Shown here piece after piece: positions 19,650 to 28,389 of a DNA stretch of 52,491 bases (positions are counted from its first letter, which is position 1; each line of letters starts with the position of its first letter). The DNA is from Campylobacterales bacterium (lineage in GTDB: Bacteria; Campylobacterota; Campylobacteria; Campylobacterales; QNZT01). Location: positions 24,523 through 77,013 of the forward strand of contig JALWLO010000143.1 of assembly GCA_027084135.1 (NCBI GenBank), given 5' to 3'. The notes under the pieces were generated by a model, which saw nothing but the letters and a program-made list of their open reading frames with translations, was not told the origin of the DNA and searched no databases. The position numbers and the translations under genes were made by a program.

Positions 19650-20807
19650 ATGACTTTCACCACTCCGTTAAAAAGTAACTCCGTCAAAATCCTACTTCTT
19701 GGAAGCGGAGAGCTTGGGAAAGAGGTTGCCATAGAGGCGAGCAGACTCGGTATAGAGGTGGTTGCGGTGGATTCGTACGAAAATGCTCCCGCACAACTTG
19801 TAGCAAACTCCCGCCATGTGATAGATATGAAAAACAGAGATGCACTTTTGGAGGTAATCAGAAGAGAAAATCCTACCTACATCCTGCCTGAGATCGAAGC
19901 GATCAATATCGATGCCCTTTTTGAGGCTGAAAAAGAGGGGTTTCATGTCATCCCAAACGCCGAAGCGGTCAATAAAACGATGAATAGGAAAAACATAAGA
20001 GTCTTTGCGGTTGAGGAGCTTGGGTTAAAAGCGAGTAGATATAGGTTTGTAAAAAGTATCGATGAGCTAAGAGATGCGGCAAAAGAGGTAGGATATCCGT
20101 GTGTGATAAAGCCTGTGATGAGTAGTTCGGGACACGGGCAGAGTATCGCAAAGAGTGAGAGTGATATAGAGGCTTCTTGGGAGATGGCAAAAGAAGCCAG
20201 AGGCGATAGCAGTGAGTTGATAGTGGAGGAGTTTGTAGATTTTGACTATGAGATAACACTTTTGACGGCAAGAAACGGCAAAGAGACCATATTTTGCGAA
20301 CCGATAGGACATATCCAAAAAGATGGCGACTATATCTTCTCTTGGCAACCGATGAAGATGAGCGAAACAGCAAAAAGAAAAGCCCAAGAGATAGCCAAAA
20401 AGATAACCGACGGACTTGGCGGTAGAGGTATATTTGGTGTGGAACTCTTTATCAAAGGCGATGAAGTCTATTTCTCAGAAGTATCACCAAGACCGCACGA
20501 TACCGGAATGGTGACGATGATCACCCAAAGCCAGAGCGAATTTGCCCTGCATGTAAGAGCGGTGCTCGGACTTCCGCTCGGGTTTGAGTTTTATGGCGAG
20601 GGAGCGAGTGCGGCATATAAGAGCGATAAAGAGAGTGTAGCTCCGACTTTTGAGGTGGATGATGAGCTATTTGACGATGAAAGTTTTGTGCGAATATTTG
20701 GCAAACCGGTCGCTCATATAGGTAGAAGAATGGCGGTACTACTTGTGAGAGGAGAAAATGCGCTTGCAAGAGCGAAGGAGATGGTAAAGGGGATAAAGGT
20801 TTGTTAA
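19650..20807 (+). CDS. purT: formate-dependent phosphoribosylglycinamide formyltransferase
   Basis: The product contains [23 protein letters not shown] and an ATP-grasp core. I chose the ATG at 19650 after an AAAGGAAAA RBS. The track starts at TTG 19647. Confidence 0.9.
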   Translation: MTFTTPLKSNSVKILLLGSGELGKEVAIEASRLGIEVVAVDSYENAPAQLVANSRHVIDMKNRDALLEVIRRENPTYILPEIEAINIDALFEAEKEGFHVIPNAEAVNKTMNRKNIRVFAVEELGLKASRYRFVKSIDELRDAAKEVGYPCVIKPVMSSSGHGQSIAKSESDIEASWEMAKEARGDSSELIVEEFVDFDYEITLLTARNGKETIFCEPIGHIQKDGDYIFSWQPMKMSETAKRKAQEIAKKITDGLGGRGIFGVELFIKGDEVYFSEVSPRPHDTGMVTMITQSQSEFALHVRAVLGLPLGFEFYGEGASAAYKSDKESVAPTFEVDDELFDDESFVRIFGKPVAHIGRRMAVLLVRGENALARAKEMVKGIKVC

Positions 20808-20822
20808 TATGCTCTCCCTTAA

Positions 20823-21539
20823 CTAATAACGAGACGGCTTACACGGAATCTCAACATCTATAGGATTTTGTGGATTGTCAACAGGATAAAAACGGTAGTG
20901 ACTTACCTTATATCCCTTATATCCTGGTGCTGCTCCTCGACTATGCTTATATTGAGAGTAGTTTCGTTTAAATTTAACTTTTGTTTTGGAAGTATATATG
21001 ATATAAATACCTTCAGGATATAGTGAAATAGGTAAAAATCTTTGTTGCATATCATCCATTAAATCGTTGATATCTGTGACAATATCAGTTAAGTCTATTT
21101 TGTGGTTGTAGTATGTGTCAATAAACTCTTGCATTTTTACAATTTTATGCTCTTTATATATTAGTATGTTTGATTGTGGATAAGAGACAACATTATCATC
21201 ACCTATCACCTTTTTATCTATTGCATAATAGTGATTATCTATATTTATAATGCCTTCTAATGAATCTTCTTCATCTTGATAATCAATCACAACTTTATCT
21301 TCGAGCTTATAAGTTGTTTTGTCGAGTGAATTTTGTGTTAACTTTAACAGATGATTATTTGCCCTTTTTTGAAAATATAAAGTTCCGTTTTCATCTTTTA
21401 TCAAAGGGGTAAAATAACAAGAAGTATAGCCAGACGGTTTAGGATTGAAAGTTTCACCCCACCAATCATTACTCGGTCCACACCCCGTAAACAACAGCAC
21501 CGTAAAGGCAAACAGTAAGACAAATCTTTTCACACTCAA
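20823..21539 (-). CDS. lipoprotein, unknown function
   Basis: The 238 aa product has the lipobox LLFTGC. It is AT-rich and I recognise no family motif. Confidence 0.55.
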   Translation of the reverse strand: MSVKRFVLLFAFTVLLFTGCGPSNDWWGETFNPKPSGYTSCYFTPLIKDENGTLYFQKRANNHLLKLTQNSLDKTTYKLEDKVVIDYQDEEDSLEGIINIDNHYYAIDKKVIGDDNVVSYPQSNILIYKEHKIVKMQEFIDTYYNHKIDLTDIVTDINDLMDDMQQRFLPISLYPEGIYIIYTSKTKVKFKRNYSQYKHSRGAAPGYKGYKVSHYRFYPVDNPQNPIDVEIPCKPSRY

Positions 21540-21627
21540 TCCTTTGATGATATATATATAAAAATAGATATTACCGTATCTTTTTTAAATGAAATTTAAA
21601 CATTATCGCCTATTTTGTATATTATAC

Positions 21628-21656
21628 TTGACATTATAGTTATATTATAGTAATAT
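21628..21656 (+). promoter_or_regulatory. sigma70-type promoter candidate for the hipA-like gene
   Basis: TTGACA (21628-21633) is separated by a 17-nt spacer from TAATAT (21651-21656). ACGAGG and the ATG at 21687 follow. The region is rich in ATTATA and TATATTATA repeats that could be operators. Confidence 0.45.
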
Positions 21657-21686
21657 TGTAAACTAACTTATACAAACGAGGCTTCA

Positions 21687-22883
21687 ATGAAGGTTGAGAT
21701 ATATCTTAAAGATAGCAAGATAGCAACTTTTTTGCAAGATAAAAAGAGCTATCTCATAGAGTATAAAAACTTTGATATAGAAAACTCTATCACCCTTTCG
21801 TTGCCGAACACAAAGAAGTTTTATACCTATGAGTATAGATTTCCGCCGTTTTTTGAGACTTTTTTGCCTGAGGGGTATCTATATGAGATATTTAAAAATC
21901 TACTTACCAAAGAGTACGGCTATATAGATGACTATCTTATCTTTTCAAAACTGGCACCAAATATCAAAAGCAGAGTATCATTTAAAAGCGACTTCTCCAA
22001 ACTTGACTTTGATTTTTTAGATATAGAGAGCATCATCGAAAATGACTCAGACGATACCTTTAAAAGGCTACTTGAAAGATTTTTAAATAAAAATGCTATC
22101 TCAGGGGTACAACCAAAAACAGTAGCTATCTTAAAAGATAGAGAGACACTTCGTACTAATGAGTATATCATCAAAACTTGGGGAGAGGAGTTTCCCTATC
22201 TGGCTGAAAATGAGTACTTTTGCCTCAAAGCTTGTGAGATGGCGGGTATCGAGATACCCAAAATCACCCTCTCAAAAAACAAAAAGTTCCTCATAATAGA
22301 AAACTTCATCTTCCAAGATGGGCAAACATTGGGCTTTGAGGAGATTTTATCTCTGCAAGATAAAAATAGAACCCAAAAGTATGACGGCAGTTACGAGCAG
22401 GTTGCAAAAACTATCTATAGCTTTGCTACCCAAAAAAAAGAGGCATTGACAAACTACTATAAAATGGTCGTTATGAACTATCTGCTAAAAAACGGAGATG
22501 CCCATCTCAAAAACTTCGCACTCCTCTTTAGTGTAGACTTTAGTCAGATACGGCTAAGTCCGGCTTACGATGTAGTCAATACTACAAGCTACATATTTAG
22601 AGACAAACCGGCTCTTATGATGCACGGCAAACGAGTATGGTTTGGTAAAGATGAACTAATAACCTTTGGTATAAAGAACTGCCTACTTACACAAAAGGAG
22701 GCGGAAAGTATCTACGGAAAATGCGAAGATGCGATAAAAAGATCTATCGTCGATATAGAGGAGTATATAAGTAAAAACAGTCATTTTAAAACCGTAGGCA
22801 GAAGAATGATAGAGAGCTTTAAAGTATCTTTAGAACAAAAAACAGTAAAGGAGGTGCCTCTTGAACTTATTAGAGATTGGTAG
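21687..22883 (+). CDS. HipA-like serine/threonine kinase toxin
   Basis: The 398 aa product has an N-terminal FLPEGYL coupling-domain motif. It also has a P-loop-like AISGVQPK, the catalytic NGDAHLKNFALLF and LSPAYDVVNT. Confidence 0.8.
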   Translation: MKVEIYLKDSKIATFLQDKKSYLIEYKNFDIENSITLSLPNTKKFYTYEYRFPPFFETFLPEGYLYEIFKNLLTKEYGYIDDYLIFSKLAPNIKSRVSFKSDFSKLDFDFLDIESIIENDSDDTFKRLLERFLNKNAISGVQPKTVAILKDRETLRTNEYIIKTWGEEFPYLAENEYFCLKACEMAGIEIPKITLSKNKKFLIIENFIFQDGQTLGFEEILSLQDKNRTQKYDGSYEQVAKTIYSFATQKKEALTNYYKMVVMNYLLKNGDAHLKNFALLFSVDFSQIRLSPAYDVVNTTSYIFRDKPALMMHGKRVWFGKDELITFGIKNCLLTQKEAESIYGKCEDAIKRSIVDIEEYISKNSHFKTVGRRMIESFKVSLEQKTVKEVPLELIRDW

Positions 22884-23082
22884 CAGTATCAAAAAGTTTA
22901 GAAAAGAGCGGGGAATTTCACAAGAGATGTTGGCAAAAAAAACAAATATCTCCCGAGCCACACTCTCCAAGCTTGAAAACGGTCAAATCGCCCACATATC
23001 GATAGTCATACTAAATGATATACTCAACCACCTCGGCTATGAAATAGATATCAAGCCGTTAAATCCGTTTGCGTCTAACTAA
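22861..23082 (+). CDS. XRE-family helix-turn-helix protein, putative cognate antitoxin
   Basis: The 73 aa product contains IKKFRKERGISQEMLAKKTNISRATLSKLENGQ. Its TTG start is preceded by an AAGGAGG RBS and overlaps the hipA-like 3' end by 23 nt. Confidence 0.75.
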   Translation: MNLLEIGSSIKKFRKERGISQEMLAKKTNISRATLSKLENGQIAHISIVILNDILNHLGYEIDIKPLNPFASN

Positions 23083-23681
23083 AAACGGCTCCGCCACCTA
23101 TTTTGTGCTTTGGTAAAAAAGGATTTTTGTACCTCATCTATGATCTCTTTTGCCGCTTCACCGGTGACGAAATCACCTTTATATTCATGCTCAACTTTTG
23201 AGATATAGTCTTGCAGGCTCTCTTGCTCCTCTTTTGTTTTTGGCTTTTGAAAGAGAAACTTCATCCCGTCATCATACGCTTTGGCATCTCTTGCATGACT
23301 TTCTATATAAACTTTACTCGAGACTTTTGTGAGTTTAGTACACTCTTTATCTATCCGGTAGGTTATGATCTGCGCTCCATAAGGTGCGTCATAGACTCCC
23401 TTGCCTCTCAAATAGTCCCAATAGAGAAAGATCCTAAGCTTATCGCCCTCTATCTCATAGTTACCTTTTTGGTAACTCTCGGCTCTACATTTTCCGTTTT
23501 TGTAGTCAAGTGTTTGGATCAGTAAAGGCTTACCGCCTATGATAAACTCTACATCTTCACCCTTGTCTCCATAGAGATCGAAGTTGCTATGTTTGATAGT
23601 GACTTCACAAGAGCCGAGTTTTGCCGCCAAAGAGGGCAAACTCAAAAAGGTTAGTACTAAAGATAATATAAAAGCCTGCAT
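23079..23681 (-). CDS. secreted protein, unknown function
   Basis: The 200 aa product has the signal peptide MQAFILSLVLTFLSLPSLAA. I recognise no family motif. Confidence 0.5.
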   Translation of the reverse strand: MQAFILSLVLTFLSLPSLAAKLGSCEVTIKHSNFDLYGDKGEDVEFIIGGKPLLIQTLDYKNGKCRAESYQKGNYEIEGDKLRIFLYWDYLRGKGVYDAPYGAQIITYRIDKECTKLTKVSSKVYIESHARDAKAYDDGMKFLFQKPKTKEEQESLQDYISKVEHEYKGDFVTGEAAKEIIDEVQKSFFTKAQNRWRSRF

Positions 23682-23801
23682 AATCTATCCTCTATAATAT
23701 TTTGTTATATATAATCGACAAAAAAGGATCAATACTTTATCATACCATATCTCTCTTACCAAAGATTATGTATCATTTGCAAAAAAAGAGTGGAGGATTT
23801 G

Positions 23802-24428
23802 ATGCGTCATATCAAAAAGATATCTGACTATAGTATCGTTGGAGGTAGTGCGGTTATCGCGATCGGTGCGTTTGGCGGATGCGGCGATAGTGCCTTTGTT
23901 CCTCAACAACAGGCACCTATGGAGGTACAGGAGACAAAGCCTCAAAACGCCTTTGTAGTGATAGAGGAGGTAGCGCCCAAAAAGTATAAGATAGCTGAAG
24001 AGTTTCCCGCTAAAGAGACAAGAGTGATCTTAAAGACTCTCGATGGACAGGAGAAAGTTCTTAGCAAAGAGGAGATGGATAAACTCATCAAAGAGGAGGC
24101 AGCCAAGATAGACAACGGCACCTCCCCGTTAACCAATCCGGAGCTAAGTTCAGGCGATAGCGGCATGGGACTTGGAGGGATCCTTCTCTCCAGTATGGCG
24201 GGAGCGGTGCTTGGTAGCTGGATAGGCAATAAACTCTTTAACAACCCGACCTATCAGCAACAACGAGCGAGAAACTATAAATCCCCGCAAACATATAGTA
24301 GAAGCAAAAACTCTTTCAACAAAGCAAAACAGGTCAAAAGTAGAAAAAGCGGTTATATGAAAAGAGGTAGTACTACCAGATCCAGAGGCTTTTTCGGCGG
24401 AAGTCGCGGCGGAAGTTTTGGAGGCTGA
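23802..24428 (+). CDS. DUF1190 / YgiB-like lipoprotein
   Basis: The product has the lipobox AFGGC, a mid-protein SSMAGAVLGSWIG segment and a Gly/Ser/Arg-rich C-terminus (RGFFGGSRGGSFGG) like E. coli YgiB. I chose the ATG at 23802 after GGAGGA. The track starts at GTG 23790. Confidence 0.6.
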   Translation: MRHIKKISDYSIVGGSAVIAIGAFGGCGDSAFVPQQQAPMEVQETKPQNAFVVIEEVAPKKYKIAEEFPAKETRVILKTLDGQEKVLSKEEMDKLIKEEAAKIDNGTSPLTNPELSSGDSGMGLGGILLSSMAGAVLGSWIGNKLFNNPTYQQQRARNYKSPQTYSRSKNSFNKAKQVKSRKSGYMKRGSTTRSRGFFGGSRGGSFGG

Positions 24429-25608
24429 TGTGGAGAAGATAAAGGTAAAACCGCTTACAAAAGAGTTTTTAGAGTCGATAGATTTCTCTTGGCATACGCA
24501 TCCGGATAAGAGCGCATTTCTTAAAGATGAGATCGTACTCATAAGTGAAAAAGAGGCGGAAGCCTATTACGATGCGGCAAATGAACTCTATGATATGTTT
24601 GTTGAAGCCGCTGAATATGTGATAGAAAACAACCTCTTTCATGAGCTTGATATCCCCTTCAATTTAGTCGATATCATCAAAGAGAGCTGGGAAAATGATC
24701 TACATTGGCATCTTTACGGAAGATTTGATTTTAGCGGGGGGATAGACGGTCAGCCTATCAAGCTTTTAGAGTTTAACGCCGACACCCCTACTTCACTCAT
24801 CGAAAGCTCTATCGCCCAGTGGGCACTGCTAAAATATAACAACTTAGATGAGCATAAGCAGTTCAATAACATCTATGAGGCGATAAAGAAAAACTTTTGG
24901 CGTCTCGTAACGCTCGATGATGATGTGGAGAAGTTTGAGGAGTATTATGAGGGGTGGAAGATACTCTTTAGCTCGGTTAGAGGAGCGCAAGAGGATGAGG
25001 ATACGACGAGATATTTGCAAACGATAGCGGATGAAGCCGGCTTTATCACGGAGTTTGCTTATGTGGATGAGGTAGAGTTTGATGAAAATGAGGGGATATT
25101 TTATAACGATGAGAACTATGAGTTTTGGTTTAAACTTCTACCTTGGGAGAGTATAGCCATAGAGGAGAGCGAACTTGCGATGCTACTCACCCAAATCATC
25201 AAGAGCCAAAAAGCGATCATCCTAAATCCCGCTTACACCCTACTCTTTCAAAGCAAGGGGATACTCAAGATACTTTGGGATCTCTTCCCCAATCACCCAC
25301 TTCTGCTTGAGACAGACTTTAAGCCGCTTGAGGGTAAAGATTTTGTTGAGAAGAAAACTTTCGGCAGAGAGGGTGAAAATGTAAAAATCGTCTCCAAAGA
25401 GGGCTCTATCATCGATGAGAGAGAGGGTGAGTATGGAAACTTCAAGTCGGTTTATCAAGCGTACGCCCCGCTAAACCGAGATGATGAGGGTAACTATTAT
25501 CAAGCGGGGGTATTTTTTGCTTATGAGGGGTGCGGTTTGGGATATAGAGTATCAAATAGAGCTATCTTGGAGGATCGCGCCTCCTTTATAGCCCATATGA
25601 TAAAGTAG
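24418..25608 (+). CDS. glutathionylspermidine synthase-like ATP-grasp protein (YgiC/YjfC family)
   Basis: The 396 aa product has the LLEFNADTPTSL motif of the GSP_synth family. The true start may be GTG 24430, after GGAGG. The stop TAG lies inside a palindrome copy. Confidence 0.75.
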   Translation: MEADVEKIKVKPLTKEFLESIDFSWHTHPDKSAFLKDEIVLISEKEAEAYYDAANELYDMFVEAAEYVIENNLFHELDIPFNLVDIIKESWENDLHWHLYGRFDFSGGIDGQPIKLLEFNADTPTSLIESSIAQWALLKYNNLDEHKQFNNIYEAIKKNFWRLVTLDDDVEKFEEYYEGWKILFSSVRGAQEDEDTTRYLQTIADEAGFITEFAYVDEVEFDENEGIFYNDENYEFWFKLLPWESIAIEESELAMLLTQIIKSQKAIILNPAYTLLFQSKGILKILWDLFPNHPLLLETDFKPLEGKDFVEKKTFGREGENVKIVSKEGSIIDEREGEYGNFKSVYQAYAPLNRDDEGNYYQAGVFFAYEGCGLGYRVSNRAILEDRASFIAHMIK

Positions 25609-25627
25609 TACTAATAGTTAGTACTAC
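25605..25627. terminator. inverted pair of the palindrome forming a 10-bp hairpin between convergent genes
   Basis: The sequence is GTAGTACTAA-TAG-TTAGTACTAC, with perfect 10-bp arms and a 3-nt loop. It fills the 23-bp gap between the stops at 25608 (+) and 25632 (-). Confidence 0.5.
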
Positions 25628-25631
25628 TTCA

Positions 25632-27989
25632 TTATTGGGCTTCTCTAACACACCTTAGACCGATAGGTTTGGCAAGCGGTATCTCTAACTTTCCGATATC
25701 TCCGATCGACTTCGTTGAACCCTTTTTGATAGGCTCGGCACCATATCTGGTGATGACATATTTGAGTGTAGCGTTTGTTTCATTCCCGTCTCGTGCCAAG
25801 AGTCGTCCGCACGGAGCTTCATACCCTACAAAAAGATGCGCTTGGTTTGTCTTTTTGATAAACTCACTCAACTCCGCCGAAGTTGGATATCTCCAATCAT
25901 CAAAATCGGCATAGTTTAACTTTTGGCAAAAATCTTTTGAGGCGTTTAAGTCTGCTTGAGAATGGATCGCTTTACACGCTTTGTTTGCTTCATTAAACTC
26001 ATTGACCCACATCAGCTTTTTACCGCTACTATCCGTATAAGTTAGCGTTTTCGCTTCTCCTACTTTTCCTAGATTGACGGTAAAAGGTGAAAAGTTGATC
26101 CTATTCTCTGGTCCCCTTACACACTTAAATCCAGCCGGAAATGCAAACTGACTATCGATATATCCGGCAAACGGCTTCAGTGCTGAAGTCAAATTATTGA
26201 AATTTTTATGCTCTGTCCACACAGCCTTTATCGTGCCGTTATCTTCCGATAGGAGTTGGACACAGTGATCTTTCCCAAGACCCATCTTTTTTTGTTCTTG
26301 AACCATCCTCACCATAAAGTAGCTAAGTTCATTTGCCGTTGGAACTCTCCAATCGGTAAAACCTGCATAGGTTGATTTGCTACAAAAAGATTTCATCGCA
26401 CTTTTTGCATCCACTTTCGTGGTACCTTCACCTATAAATAGACAACCTCTACTATGATCTCCACCCTCCGGGATATTTGTATCATCATTTGCCCAAACCA
26501 AACCGTTATCGTGATCTATCACAACCTCTTCGTTTAGTGCACCGAGTTTTTTAACTTCGTAACCACTCTTTTGTCCAACTATTTGTACCACTGTAGAGGC
26601 TTTTGCCTCATTTCCGGCACTATCTTTTGCGCTAAATAACACGGTATAGTAACCAGCTTTTGTTGTATCCACGCTATCTGTCGTCGTCACTTCAACGGAA
26701 GCATTATCCTCCACATCAAATGCCGTTGCGGTCGGTGTTGTATAGTTGGCATCCGTTGCAATGATAAAGTTGCTTTCTACTTTGATGATGGGCGGATATA
26801 TATCGGCTTGATCCATATGATGCGCATCAATATAGAGGGCACCTCTACTCCCTTCAGGTGCATTTACCGCTCCAAATAGGACGACCTTTAACGATTTGGC
26901 TAATGCGTTAAATTTGGTGATATTGCTTTTATCTACGGTCGCTTCAATATACTTGACACCATCCTCCTCTTTTTCAATAAATCCGCTATTTTGCGCTAGT
27001 GTCACTCTATCATCGAAATCTTTGACATAGTGATAGACACCATCTCTCTTGATGATAAAGTCTATACCCATATCTTCCCAGATACCGGATTCATAACCTG
27101 AGACTCTACTATTATCACTATCGATAAATATTTGTGTGCTATTGATATCTGCACCCTCGACTTTGAAGTAAAGATTATTTTCATCACTGGTTACATAGAG
27201 TTTGGTATCGCCGTTTTGCACCAGCGGCTCTATGACGTACCACATCGATGGTTTTGGTTTTACTTCTATCGTTATATGCGCACTCTTTTCATTGCCGTTT
27301 TTATCCGTTACGGTTAGATAGATGGTATGTGTGCCGACGCTAAGAGAGTTAGTACTAAAGCTCTTGTGAGTACTCAGAGGTTTATTCCCCTCTCTCCACA
27401 GATATGACGCTACTTCACCGTCATAGAGTGTATCAAATGTTATGCTATCCCCTTGAACGATCGTGGTACTAGCCACTTGGATCTCTAGTTTCTCATCATT
27501 TCCGCTTAGATGGTTTTTCGCCTCGTTTAAGGAGTAAACTTTTCCTTTATAATCCGGAAGAGCCTTTAATTTCTTTGCCAATTTATTCAACTCACCGTCA
27601 TCAAGCGCCACCATATCCACTTGCTTCGCTATTTCAGGTGTGATCGTTATCCCATTTTGAGGATCTCCGTCTAGATCAAGCGTCAGTAAAAATCTAGCGA
27701 TCTCCGCCCGATCCTCTTTTAACTCTTTATTGTGATCCTCTTTTGTCAATACTTTGGTTGTTTTCAAGAGGTGAGAATTAATATAAAACTTACACTCTTT
27801 TCCTACTTCAAATTTAAACATACCGTCACGATTTGTTGTACCGCTCTCGATACCGCACCTATACTCCAATCCCTCAACCGGAGAATCAACATAATAACCG
27901 GTACCGACTAGAACCTCTTTATCTGAACCACCGCCACATCCAAATAAAACGGCAGATAGTAGTGTTGAAAAAACGACTCTCTTTTTCAT
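25632..27989 (-). CDS. large surface lipoprotein with Ig-like/PKD-like domains and two DUF1566 (Lcl C-terminal)-like modules
   Basis: The 785 aa product has the lipobox VLFGC. It has a PKD-like segment (GTHTIYLTVTDKNGNEKSAHITIEV) and an Ig-like segment (AGYYTVLFSAKDSAGNEAKASTVVQIV). Two modules carry FTDWRVPTANELSYF and FDDWRYPTSAELSEF. Confidence 0.65.
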   Translation of the reverse strand: MKKRVVFSTLLSAVLFGCGGGSDKEVLVGTGYYVDSPVEGLEYRCGIESGTTNRDGMFKFEVGKECKFYINSHLLKTTKVLTKEDHNKELKEDRAEIARFLLTLDLDGDPQNGITITPEIAKQVDMVALDDGELNKLAKKLKALPDYKGKVYSLNEAKNHLSGNDEKLEIQVASTTIVQGDSITFDTLYDGEVASYLWREGNKPLSTHKSFSTNSLSVGTHTIYLTVTDKNGNEKSAHITIEVKPKPSMWYVIEPLVQNGDTKLYVTSDENNLYFKVEGADINSTQIFIDSDNSRVSGYESGIWEDMGIDFIIKRDGVYHYVKDFDDRVTLAQNSGFIEKEEDGVKYIEATVDKSNITKFNALAKSLKVVLFGAVNAPEGSRGALYIDAHHMDQADIYPPIIKVESNFIIATDANYTTPTATAFDVEDNASVEVTTTDSVDTTKAGYYTVLFSAKDSAGNEAKASTVVQIVGQKSGYEVKKLGALNEEVVIDHDNGLVWANDDTNIPEGGDHSRGCLFIGEGTTKVDAKSAMKSFCSKSTYAGFTDWRVPTANELSYFMVRMVQEQKKMGLGKDHCVQLLSEDNGTIKAVWTEHKNFNNLTSALKPFAGYIDSQFAFPAGFKCVRGPENRINFSPFTVNLGKVGEAKTLTYTDSSGKKLMWVNEFNEANKACKAIHSQADLNASKDFCQKLNYADFDDWRYPTSAELSEFIKKTNQAHLFVGYEAPCGRLLARDGNETNATLKYVITRYGAEPIKKGSTKSIGDIGKLEIPLAKPIGLRCVREAQ

Positions 27990-28030
27990 AACATTTAGAC
28001 CTTTTCAAATAAAATTGTGATAATTGTATT

Positions 28031-28082
28031 TTAACCCAAATTTTGCATTAGCCTGCATTATAATTTAAAATTTGGGTTTAAC
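28031..28082. repeat. intergenic palindromic element, long copy R1
   Basis: The sequence is TTAACCCAAATTTTGCATTAGCC..AAAATTTGGGTTTAAC. Its arms are inverted repeats. It shares an exact 16-mer, AAATTTTGCATTAGCC, with copy R2. Confidence 0.75.
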
Positions 28083-28389
28083 GGCTATAAAAAATACAAT
28101 TATTTTAATATCTCACCTCATTTATCGGCATTTTTTCAATAAGTTTTACACTTTTTTAATGATTTTTATCTAAAAAGGAGTCATTCGTAGCAAAAACCCA
28201 CTATTTAGTGTGGCTTTATGTGCAGTGATCCAATAATCTATATTTTCAACTAAATAGAAGTTTTTCAAATGAAACTTAAGTTGCATTGGAGACTATATAT
28301 GATTAAAATAATTTCACTTTTCTTAAGTTGCACTTAACCCTATCTCATAAATTGATACTATAAGACTAAACTTTCTTGCCTATTGCAAC

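Noticed and set aside
19969-20387. Two long minus-strand ORFs (134 aa and 106 aa) lie inside purT. Similar antisense or off-frame ORFs occur at 830-1129, 15340-15741, 18400-18885, 24150-24542, 28559-28942, 33856-34248, 39693-40205, 40057-40371, 41128-41472 and 41623-42051.
   Set aside because: Each lies entirely within a gene whose product has clear family motifs on the other strand or frame. Their translations are low-complexity (Ser/Leu/Arg/Pro-rich) with no recognisable motifs and no RBS. They are typical shadow ORFs.
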